Both the position numbers and the translations under genes were made by a program. Positions 45,355-56,134 of a DNA stretch of 64,000 bases are shown piece by piece. The stretch lies in NCBI GenBank assembly GCA_000004985.1, contig GG738869.1; one strand, given 5' to 3'. Every line of letters starts with the position of its first letter. The stretch's first letter is position 1. Origin of the DNA: Naegleria gruberi (lineage: Eukaryota). The notes beneath the pieces are model-generated. The model was not told the DNA's origin, ran no database searches, and saw only the letters and a program-made list of their open reading frames with translations.

Positions 45355-47019
45355 TTATTTCTTAGCAGGAGCACCAGCAGCTTTTGAAAGAGGAATATCT
45401 TGAGCTGCAGATCTCAATTTTTCTACAGTAAAATCAGTTGTCATTAACTTCCCTGTGTACTTATCTTGAATACCACTCTCTAACAACTCATGCAATTTCT
45501 TTTTTCTTATTAATTCGACTTTCTTTCTCTCGAGTTCCATCTTTCTCTTGAGTAATTCGCCTTCCTCAAGATATTCTCTTCTTTGTTTGTCTTTTTCTTC
45601 TTTAGTGTTATCCATTTGTTGCATCAGCTGTTGTTGAGTCTGAACTCGTCTCTTTTTCTCCTCTTCAGCCTTAAGCTTTTCCAATTCTTCGAGCTTCTTT
45701 TGGTGATCCACAATCCTCGAAAAATCTTCTCTGTCCTCTCTTGCAAGTTCAGCAATCTTATTTTCCTTTTCCATCTTTTGCTTTTGTCTTGTGCCATGAA
45801 GTTCTTGATTCATTTTAACTCTCTTTTCCTCTTCTTGCATTTTCTTTTTTCTGAATTCTCTTTCCAGAGCTTCTTGTGCTCGTTTAGCTCTCAGAGTATC
45901 CATTTCAGAAAGCTTGTCTTGTGCCTTTTCTTGGAGAGCTCTTAGACGAGCAACTTCTCTTTCCTTTTCTGCTCTTAATCGTTCTTGTTGATCCGTTATT
46001 TCTTGTTCTCTTCTTTCCTTTTCTGCAAGGTAGTCAGCAATTTGTCTATCTTCTTCAAGCTCAGCAAGTTTTAATCTTCTCTTCAGAGATATTTGTTCTG
46101 CATTCGCAAGAGCAATTTCTTCCATAAGTAACTTTTCTTGCTTCTTCTTTTCCTCTGCCTCCTTAATATCTTCGGATTTCATCTTTTGCATGTGATACAA
46201 CATTGCATCTTGTTCTTGTCTCTTTAACTCGAGTTCTCTCAGTCTTTCCTTTTCTCTTTCCTTCATTTGTTCTTTAATTACAAGTGATCCATTTCTTCTG
46301 TCTTCTTGTCTCTTTTTTTCTCTTTGTTCATACATTTTAATGGCCTTTAACCTTTCAAGTTCCATCAATTCATCAAGTCGTCTATCTTCCTCTTGTTTCT
46401 CATAGATAATTCTTTGTTTTTCCTCCAATTGCTTGTCTCTAATTGTGACACATTGAGAATACAAGGCCATACTATTCATCCTCTTGACTTCATCAATATT
46501 TTCATCCATTTGAGTGATAGCTTTTTCAAGGAGTTGTAATTGTTTTTCTTCATTTTCTACGTCAAGATCAGATTTTTTCATGTCTCCCTTAGATTTCTTT
46601 TCTCTATCAAGCTGTCTTATACGTTCCTTTCTTTCCATAGCTTCCAATGTTTCTTCCCTTTTTTTTCTTTCAGCTTCCCTTTGTTTTTCAAGAGGAGTTG
46701 CTTTTTCTTTCAGGGTCATAAATTCGGAAGCTGAAATAACGACAGCATCTGGCTGCTTTTTGACAGTTTGTAATGTCCTTTTATCCATTTTCATTGAGTT
46801 ATTTTGTTGTTGTTTTTGTTGTGGTTGGCCCCTTGCTGATGACTTGTTCGTACCAAACAAGTTTTCATCCACAGTAGCCGTATCAGCAACTTTTCTATAG
46901 GTTGATCTTGCGTGAGATCCTGCACTAGATATCGAAGCATTAGATGATGGCTAATATAATAATATCAATTAAAATCAAATATCAGGTTAGAATACTTTGA
47001 GGGTAAGGCAACGTACCAT
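45355..47019 (-). CDS. TPH-domain (trichohyalin-plectin homology) ERK-rich coiled-coil protein of the CFAP45/CFAP53/MNS1 axonemal family. The track ORF is 45355..46872. A possible 1-codon first exon (ATG at 47019..47017) is followed by a 66-nt GTACGT..ATTAG intron.
   Basis: Dense E/R/K-rich heptads with motifs typical of TPH proteins (RLKAIKMYEQREKKRQEDRR, LAEKERREQEITDQQERLRAEKERE). The upstream extension is open in frame back to the acceptor. The mini-exon proposal is inference. Confidence 0.55.
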
Positions 47020-47214
47020 TTTTTTTGTTGGTTAAAAAACGACAAACTTAACTACGAAAAATATTTGGCGGGAGAAATTGTTTGAATGCATCCACTGGCT
47101 TTTACAAGTATTGACAGCTGGAGCCAATCTTATCAAAGTTTATTATAAGAATAGATTATAACGAGAACATTAGAATAGGTGGATGAAATCAATAAAATTG
47201 CCTTATTAAATAAT

Positions 47215-48875
47215 TTATTGTTCCATTTCTTCATCCTCAGGATCTTCTGAAAGATTAGATGGTTTAAAGATTGAATAGCCGTCAAGACTTGTTGTAATAA
47301 GCACATTTTGGAATTTTGGATGCCAGTGCACTTCCTTAATGTCAACTTGACCCATGTGTTCGAATAACAATTGTGGTGGGATTTCATTTCCGATTTCTTT
47401 TTCAATTTCTTCTTGTTCGGCATCTCTTTCGAGTGAGAGATCCCAAATTGTCACCTTATCAGAATCAGAAGCAGCCAATAACGTTGATTCAATTGGATTC
47501 CATTCTATTGATGTAATAGAATTCTTGTGATAAATAAATTGGCCAACTGGTTTCATAGGACTGCTATCAGAACATTGTCTGACGTCCCAAATACGAATAA
47601 CACCATCATCGTCACCACTTGCAATAAAGTAACTTGTGAGAGGATTCCAAGAAATAACGTTAACATCTGCCTTTTCACTAGCTTCAAAACTGAGAGCATG
47701 CTTTCTATTCTTTTTTCTTGTATCCCAGAATTTAATAGTTCTATCGCATGAACATGATGCAAACACACTGTCTTCACTTGGTGAGAATTGAAGATCCTCA
47801 ACACTTCCTGTATGTCCAACAAATGGTTTATCATAAATTCTCTTCCAAGTATGAACTCCACTATTTGTTTGCATATCCATAACGTTAATTTCACCATTAC
47901 AATCACCAGTAGCAAGTCTACCTTCCACACACTTCGACCAGTCCATAGCAAAACCTTCAGTAGTATGGAAATCGAAAGTTTGAATTGCCTTCTTACTCTT
48001 TGTAATAGATTTTAAGGAACTGGCCATATTTTCTTGTCTTAAAACTTGTGACATTTGTGTCAAGTCATAAATGTGAACCTTAGAGTCCTCACACCAAAAA
48101 CCAACAATATTTCTATTTTGTGGCATTGCTCTTACTCTATTAACATTACCAGTGATTGGAATAGTTTGGTATTCAAGTGATGGTTCATCATCCAAATTTT
48201 CATTATCATCATCTTCATCTTCAACGTCACTTTCATCTGAATCGTAACGTGTTTTGTACATATCGTAAGCTTTAATCATGTAACAATTCTTTTGAGGAAC
48301 AGTTTCATCAGTTTGCACACCCACAACAAAATAACATGACAATGGATAATTCATAGTATCGAGTGGTTGTGAAACAATATCAAAACTCAAAGCAGGCCAT
48401 TCATTTCTGATTTTGTAATTAATTTCGTAGGCCTTATTTTGAAAAGTTAATTCGAATTCTCCATCATTGTAATTCTCTCCAGGACGATAAATATCGGCTT
48501 TGGAATTTATACCTTCTCTATACTTTTCGGCTTCTTCCTCCTCTTCAATATATTGTTTTTCACTGTTTTGTACTTTCAAATTTAATTCATCCATCTTTTG
48601 ACGAAGTTCGGTTTCATCTCCTTCAAATTCATATTCACCTTCATCTTCATCAACGTAGTCTTCCGAATTTTCATCGTATTCATCTTCATATGGATCGCCT
48701 CTACACAAAATTTAATCATCATCATCTATGAAACTAAAAAAACCTACGCTGCATATTCGGCTCTATCTTCATGGTCTGATTCTTCATCAGATGAGTCAAG
48801 ATGTCTGACCACTCTCGATTCATTCTTACTTCCAGAAAAAGTGGCTACTTTACTTCTCTTCTTTGCGCCTGGCAT
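47215..48875 (-). CDS. grwd1: Glutamate-rich WD-repeat protein GRWD1/Rrb1 (ribosome biogenesis, histone-binding WD40). Two exons (48748..48875 and 47215..48700) with a 47-nt GTAGGT..TGTAG intron.
   Basis: Acidic N-terminal region, then WD40 repeats with GRWD1-type motifs (HTGSVEDLQFSP, CDRTIKFWDTR, GDDDGVIRIWDVR, IEWNP, WHPK). Exon 1 (MPGAKKRSKVATFSG...EYA) joins in frame. Confidence 0.8.
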
Positions 48876-49004
48876 TTTTTATTGTCTTGTTGACTTCAAC
48901 AATTTTTTTCAAACTTTCATCAACAAGGCTTGTTGGAAAAGTGAAGTAAAATGTTGAACAAGAATAAAAATTTAAAAAAATTGAAAACACTTTAAATTCA
49001 AAAA
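48876..49004. promoter_or_regulatory. Compact bidirectional promoter region shared by divergent GRWD1 (-) and BRX1 (+), both ribosome-biogenesis factors.
   Basis: Only about 130 bp separate the two start codons. A- and T-rich tracts (tttttt, aaaaaaa) flank both ATGs. Inferred from gene arrangement only. Confidence 0.4.
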
Positions 49005-50012
49005 ATGGTGACTACCAATAACAACAAGGAAACATCGGTCGCTTCAACAGAGAAGAAGCCAGTTGCTGTGACTACCAACAAGATTAGACAAAAGTTAAAG
49101 CAAATGAACAAACAAACAAAATCAACGGTTACAAATAGTGATAGTACCAATTCTAAATTCCACAACAAACAAAGAACTTTGATTTTATCTTCACGAGGTA
49201 TTCATGCTAAACATAGACATTTATTGAAGGATCTTCGTACCTTGTTACCTCACACTAAAACCGAAAGTAAATTCTCTAAAGAAGGAATAGATGAAGGAGA
49301 TTTGGTTAAAAAACTTCACAGACTTCAAAAGATTGACCACATTGCTGCTGCTTTGAAATGTCCAAATATTTTGTACTTTGAAGTTGATAAGGAATCAGCA
49401 GATACAGAATTGTTTTTATGGATGTCAAAGACTTCAACTGGACCTTCTATGAGATTTAAAGTTGAAAATATCAGTACTATGAATGAATTGAATCTTATCG
49501 GAAATTGTTTGAAATATTCAAGACCATTATTACATTTCGACAAAACATTTGACAATATTGAAGGCGAAGATAAGCTTACTCATCTCCCATTGATTAAGGA
49601 ATTATTAACACAAACTTTCTCTACACCACTTAATCATCCAAAATCAAAACCATTCTTTGATCACATGTTTGCTTTCTATTATTTGGATGGAAGAGTTTGG
49701 TTCAGAAATTATCAAATTGTTACAAAACAATCAAGCCAAGGAGTTGCATTGACTGGTTCCCAAAAACATGAATATTCTCTTGTTGAAATTGGACCTAGAT
49801 TTGTTCTCAAGTTGACTAAGATTCTCAATGGTTCTTTCGATGGTAGAGTTATTTTCAATAGTGATTCACACTTTGTTTCAAAGGCTGAAGTTCAAAGATT
49901 GGAAAGCATTAAACTTGACCTCGACAAGCAAAAAAAGACTGAAAAACACAGAAAGTACTTAGAATTGAGAAAGCCAGCTGATGCTGATGAAGTGAGTTCT
50001 GTTTTCAATTAA
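49005..50012 (+). CDS. brx1: Ribosome biogenesis protein BRX1 (Brix domain), 335 aa.
   Basis: Brix-domain signature NKQRTLILSSRGI..RHLLKDLRTLLPH plus a sigma70-like C-terminal half (YSLVEIGPRFVLKL). Divergent from GRWD1 with only about 130 bp between start codons. Confidence 0.85.
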   Translation: MVTTNNNKETSVASTEKKPVAVTTNKIRQKLKQMNKQTKSTVTNSDSTNSKFHNKQRTLILSSRGIHAKHRHLLKDLRTLLPHTKTESKFSKEGIDEGDLVKKLHRLQKIDHIAAALKCPNILYFEVDKESADTELFLWMSKTSTGPSMRFKVENISTMNELNLIGNCLKYSRPLLHFDKTFDNIEGEDKLTHLPLIKELLTQTFSTPLNHPKSKPFFDHMFAFYYLDGRVWFRNYQIVTKQSSQGVALTGSQKHEYSLVEIGPRFVLKLTKILNGSFDGRVIFNSDSHFVSKAEVQRLESIKLDLDKQKKTEKHRKYLELRKPADADEVSSVFN

Positions 50013-51199
50013 AAGTTTTTTCAAAAAACTGCTGTACTGATTTTTTTCAATATTCCCTAAAGCTCCTCACCTAAAGCAATAATAAGGACTTTGTGAGCGG
50101 ATTTTGAATGATATTGGAGCAAAATTTGTCGTGCCCAACTCAATTTTCCATCACTACAAGATATTAATCACCGCGTTTCATTTTGCTTTTTGTAATAAAA
50201 GTTGTAAAGTTATGACGTTGGATAGCTTTATAGAAAAAAATACCATCACCAACTGACAAACCAAAAATTATTACCTCCCAACAATAATTAGTAACATCAC
50301 ATCCTACCTCGTCTCTTAGGTTGAGTTCTTTTATAAGAAAGTTCTTTTCATGTAGAGGTGTTTTATAATTATTCCAAAATTGAAGTAATTGTTTTACTAC
50401 GAGGTAAACTCACAACAAATTCTCAAGGAGATGATGTTGTGTTTTGGGATGTAATGTTTCTTATTATGTCAGAAAACATCTAGTAAGGAATGATTTATTT
50501 AGAAGAAGAACAACAACAATATTTAGAAGATATAAAACCATCACTGTGGGCTGATGATTTTCAGCAATAATTTAGAGAGACCAAACAAAAAATGATTTAA
50601 TATTGCAACATACAAACACACCACTTCAGCACCAACAGCAAGTAATCGTCTATGGAAAACTTCATCAAAGAGGGTCTCCTTTTTTTCATCACTAAATTCT
50701 ATTGATGAAGCATCATGACTATATCCGAGGATTGTGAAACAACAACCAACAGCAGGCTTTTACGATGATTCCGCACATTTGAATGAAGTATTAGTTTAGA
50801 TCAACTGGTACTGAAAAGGAGAAAAAGTATGCTGCTTGTTTGGCTCCTACCTCATCACTTGCTGTTGCTTTTTGTTATTTACTCCTGAATGCGTTGCTAT
50901 CTTATATATGATTGTGATGTGTTTAATTAATAAGTTGGAGTGGGAGCAGCAACAGGGTAATAAATGTAAGTACCTACGATTTATTTGAAATTTTACCTTA
51001 ATTCCATTTCATAATTGACACCATGGAACATTTAAGGTGAAATCTTCACCAAAATAATAATTTGAAATAGTCAGTTTTGGAAAATGATGTCAGAGAATTT
51101 GATATTTATGAGTGTAATCTTTTCACATTTCAATTTGGTTGGTGCTATACATTCCATCATCAAGACTTAAGGTCCTGCCATTAATTAGAAACTGTGATG

Positions 51200-52110
51200 C
51201 AAGAAATAGTAACTGTTGTTGATGGAACTGTTTTAGAAGATTTAGCAAGTATTAATGTTGTCTACACAACAGCAACTGTTGCCATCTAAATCCTTACAAC
51301 TCTGAAGGTGAATTCATTTTGAAATATGATCCTCCAAGGGAAACTATGTTCATTCTCACTGATTAAAAGCTGATTTTACCGTTTGATTTGAGTGTAGACA
51401 TTTACAATAGATGATTCTCTTACACATACAGAGGTGAAAGAGATGCACTGATGATGTTCTTTCAACTCTTCAGTTTTGACTCAAGTCAAATTGTCTATTC
51501 AGTGGAAGGTATGGATGAGTTATCTATATAGTAGACACTTATAACTTTAGAATTAGAAAGCTATCAATTACCAATAAGACTATCATATTTATTACTTATC
51601 GGTGGACAAGAAGAAGGAAAACTTTGGAAATGAATATTACTGATACTCTTGCTCAACCAACAGGACTTGCTTTTTTCAGAATTCTGAACATGCTTCAATT
51701 AACACCATTCCATATACATTGCCTACAAGTTTTACATCAAGATTGTCAATGATCTTACAATAATTGCAAGATCTAGTGCTCCACCAACTCCAGGTCTGAG
51801 TTAGCAGCTCCTGTTCCTACTCTCAATACAACTATTGCCCCAACAAGTATTGCAGTTGGTGAGGATGGAAAAGTAACACACCCTCAAAATGTTAACACCT
51901 GCTCCAACCTGAACAATTTTTGTCGTGGCTAATACTGGATAATATCGGTCCTATTGAGGATGATGGCTTGGCTATTAGTTCTTCATTTATTACTGTTTCC
52001 TCTGAGGAGATTATTCTTGCTGATTGTATGAACAATAGAATTAGAAAGATTTGTGGAGAGGGAGTCATTACTACCAGTGGCTAATGCCTATGACTAAGAG
52101 AGATGTTTGA
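51200..52110 (+). pseudogene. Decayed NHL-repeat gene fragments, for example LADCMNNRIRKICGEGVITTSG and PTIAPTSIAVGEDGKVTHPQNVNTC, interrupted by stops and frameshifts.
   Basis: NHL-like motifs (aD..NnRIRKI...G.ITT.aG) recur in several frames. No continuous ORF. Related in motif to the intact NHL gene at 62615..64000. Confidence 0.3.
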
Positions 52111-53329
52111 AAGTAATTGACCTAACCTTTCATTTTGCGTATTGTATGGAATGAAATGTCTCTAGTCAAAGAAGTGTTTTTGAGAATTGTGAATAGTGCT
52201 TCAGTGATCGTTTGGGCTCTTGTTGATGGTAAGGAAATGAGTAGAGATATCAAAAAGATTGCATATGATTTTGCCTTCTTTACTATTGATGTTTCACAAG
52301 TTTGCCAAGGAATTGTAGTCATTCAAGTTATGTTAATATTCGTAAAAAAATTGAGAAAATGACTCTTTGCCACCTTGCTGATTTTCGAAGTGGTTTCTCA
52401 GCACCAAACTTTCACATCATCATCTAAACATCAATTTAGTAGTAATATAGTAATTTTTATTGGAGTATTTTCTTCATTATTTTGGAATTTATCTTCATGA
52501 TGAAAAATCACAAGTTGATGAATCATCAGAACATTATTGTTGTTTTCCATCAATATAATAATTTTATTTGTGGAAATTAATATATAGTAATGAAATTACA
52601 CTAAAATCTTCATCACCGTTGGATTTAATGGAAAAGTTGGAAAACTATTAATGTGGCATTGTTGGAAATGGACAATAGTATGATATAAAACTTTGTTTGA
52701 TCACTTTTCATCAAGTATTGATAGAGATAGGTACATGTGAATTTTGAAAACTAACATGAACATTACTCCATGTGTACTTCAACCAACTTGAATACAATCT
52801 TATAGAACTACTAGTACTATTTAAATCACGAATAAACACCATATTCATCATCAAATATTCGTCATCTTGTCGATTACGGAATTTCATTCCACCAGTGTTG
52901 ATTCGGGCCCAACAACAAAATATTAACAATAAAACAATTACCAATACTATTGTTTACATGTTTTATGTTAAATGATCGTAACGATCATCAAGATCATCCT
53001 GTTTTTATTGCATTTCTCATGATAATCAGAAATGTCACAGAGAGTGCCACATATCCATTCTACTCTCAATAAATAATAGTTCCTTTTTACACATGTGCAA
53101 CTTTGCTTATAAACATGATGAATTCATATATTAAAGACTCCAAAGGCTAGTATAATCCTCAATGTGATGTCTAATAATACCATTACAACTTAAAGATAAT
53201 TATCTTATAATTTCATTGAATATGAATTGAATTTGTAAATTGACATAAAACAGTGGTTTATTGTAATTTGGTTTAAAAATAGCTTTCTAAAGCACCTTGT
53301 TGTATCTTGTTGTGACATTTACTAAAAAA

Positions 53330-54385
53330 ATGGCAAAAGCACCAGCACAAATTGTTATGGAGAACAAATTGCGGAAATCATTAACATTAAAACAATTCAT
53401 AGAATTATCCAAGTCTACAAGAAAAAGGAGATTAGATAATCTTCGTAAGAAATTCTTTAATTCAAATTTATTTAAATATTCTTGGAGTAAATGGCGAGAT
53501 GCTATTATCGGAACAAACAATTCAATCCAATATTTATTAAAACAAAGAAAAAACATAAAAAATAATTTATCAACATCTACAATTGATACAATAATTCAAC
53601 AATTAAAAGAGGAAAGGAACAAATCTACAAAAAAAGAATCCAAAAAAGATTTTGAAAAAAAAATTAATAATTTATTACAATCTAAAAATTTATTCAAAAT
53701 CAATGTTAATTTGATATTATGTAGTAATTTGGCTAATACTATTCAACTAATGTTTTTAAGAAATATACTTCCCGAAAATACCACTACTGAGGTAACCAAT
53801 ATATTGGATAAAATTAACCAAAGAAGATCAAAGGAAAATTATTATATAGGAAGTTGGGGAAAGAGTTCTTCTTTTCTATTTAAAACTAATGACACTATTT
53901 TTAATGAATTATCTTCTCAATTTATTAAAATTATTAATTTATTAAAAAATTATGTTTTGGAAATATTGAAATTTGGAAATAACAAGATGAGGAAATTCTT
54001 AGAAAAATACAATAGTAGTGATTTTTTATCAATTTATCCGACAGTGTGTTTTAATTTTTTGGATAAATCTGTAGATGAAAATAGAATTCTACATATTCAT
54101 CCGGATAAGGAAGACACTGGAACTAGTCTAATTTTTTACTTTGGAAAGTTTAAAGGTGGAGCAATCTCATTTCCTGAATTAAATTTTAAGCTTATGGTTC
54201 AATCAGCAGATGTTTTATTGTTTGATGGTAAGAATAATTTACATGCTGTTGAATCACTTCATGGTAAAGATGATGTTAGATATTCCGTTGTATTCTTTGC
54301 TCATAAAGCAGACTTGGGTAAAACTAGTTATCCCATGAATAGAGGAGAAGTTATGAAAGGTATTAAGAATAAAATCAATAATTAA
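53330..54385 (+). CDS. Tet/JBP-family 2-oxoglutarate/Fe(II)-dependent dioxygenase (5-methylcytosine oxidase type). Small single-domain NgTet1-like form, about 350 aa.
   Basis: C-terminal core: HIHPDKEDTGTSLIFYFGKFKGGAISFPELNFKLMVQSADVLLFDGKNNLHAVESLHGKDDVRYSVVFFAHK. It aligns motif-for-motif with my recollection of the Naegleria NgTet1 core: HxD iron ligands, SL.FYFG.F, VQ..DVL.F.G, the second His (HAV/HVV), and R..V.FAHK for 2OG binding. The N-terminal half is extremely K/N/I-rich. Track ORF 53297..54385; first ATG at 53330. Confidence 0.75.
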   Translation: MAKAPAQIVMENKLRKSLTLKQFIELSKSTRKRRLDNLRKKFFNSNLFKYSWSKWRDAIIGTNNSIQYLLKQRKNIKNNLSTSTIDTIIQQLKEERNKSTKKESKKDFEKKINNLLQSKNLFKINVNLILCSNLANTIQLMFLRNILPENTTTEVTNILDKINQRRSKENYYIGSWGKSSSFLFKTNDTIFNELSSQFIKIINLLKNYVLEILKFGNNKMRKFLEKYNSSDFLSIYPTVCFNFLDKSVDENRILHIHPDKEDTGTSLIFYFGKFKGGAISFPELNFKLMVQSADVLLFDGKNNLHAVESLHGKDDVRYSVVFFAHKADLGKTSYPMNRGEVMKGIKNKINN

Positions 54386-56134
54386 ATTTTAAATAATTAT
54401 TTAAATAATTTTTATAAATAATTTAATTGTATTAAAAAAATGTCTCCACACTTTAACCTCGAATTTTATTCGAGAAGCACAACAGTAATAGATGAAAGCA
54501 CTCTCGGTGGGCTTGATTTGATAATAACACACTTATACATCCTCTTGTAGGAGTATAATTAGTGTTGTTGTTGTGAGTTGAGGACGTTATTTTAATTCCT
54601 TTTCCCTTCTTCCAAAGTTTCCTGTTCAAACTTTGTTGCTTCCGTAAATCATATTATCAACAGGAAAGATCATTTAACTGCGAGCATCGTTGTTGGATAC
54701 AAACTATGCATTGACAATTCTTTTAATTATCTTGAATGTTTGGTAATTGATGGCAATGTTCATATAATCAACTCTCACCAAAGAAGAATTCTAAAATATA
54801 TCTAATGATCAGGCTGTTGATTTTCAACAACATACAGGTATTCGGAGCTATTGTAAAATAATTGTTTTACTTTGATGATTCAAATGGTTTTCAACAACTA
54901 ACATAATTCTTATCCATCTTGCAAAAAAAGAGGATACCATGACAGCAATCAACTTATATCAATATTGAAAAATCATTAGGAAATTATTCAGAAGTAGCAT
55001 GCATTGTAATTGTTGCGTTCAAAACATTTCTCAACATTAAATTCTTTCTCCACAATCAAACCCTGCTCAGCAACAATCAGAAGAGGAGCCATCTTTTAAT
55101 CTAACTTGCCATCTATGTTGAAGGAATGTACATTTAGAAATCAGTGATGTTCACCCTGAATGTGATGGATCTTTTTCTGGCTACTTGTATTGGTTGCTCC
55201 AGTAATTGCACATATGGAGGCTCTTTTAATGTTTCCAATAACCAAACTATGCTGGTGATTCCACTCCCAACCAAAACCCTATCAAAAAGAATTCTTCTAT
55301 ACAACTAGTATGAGTCATAGAGCTGTTGTCTTTCGTCCACTTTTAATAATAATATATGGTATGCTTTTGTTCAGGCTGTAATGTTTCGAGTGCAATTCAA
55401 CACCAGTGTTTTCATTCCAACCATGATTGGATCATATCTCCAAAGAGGACACTGGGTATTATTACTATTTAAAGTTGGCTACTAATAGTGAAATCTACTT
55501 GTTCGATCCAATGTTGGATGCCAAGTTCACTAGTGCTGAGCTGGCTATTGATATTTCAGATATCCTTTTTGTTTGTTGTCACTACCACCCTATTATTCAA
55601 CTTCTAGGTTTACGTTTCAAGAATCATGGGTTTATTTGGTTTAAGATGTTATGTTTCAGTATTCACGTAAATATGATGCAAGGAGGACACTTATTGCTGC
55701 TGTGGTGGTAATAGTAGCATTACCTTAGGTGTTGTAGTGTATACTACTTCATCATCTATTAATACTTATTCTCCAATTACTCAAACAAAGACAATTTCAA
55801 TCAACATTCACTATGTCAGTGCTTAATTATTCCAAGTTGTACTAAAACAACATCACTAACAAGGTGCTAAACAACTATGCTTTCCATTTCAACGCAGAGG
55901 CATATGTCTTGCGTTTGGGGCAGAGATTTAGTGCTTGAATAGTGGTTAAACAACAATGGATGGGCATTTTGGCAACTGGTTTTCAGTAGCTTCACATTCA
56001 TGTTGTTTGACTTAACAAACACTTTGGCTGCAATCTATTCACTCTTTATCCATCATTTATTCATCATTTACACCAATACTGTATTGTTTACATTTTGTAT
56101 GCTAGCTGGTTATTATTATTAATCATTAAAAAAA

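Noticed and set aside
45583-46900. Plus-strand ORFs (45583..45945, 45921..46127, 46514..46900, 46540..46734) opposite the TPH gene
   Set aside because: Antisense of an E/K/R-rich coiled-coil gene gives long stop-free F/L/S runs. Low-complexity artefacts.
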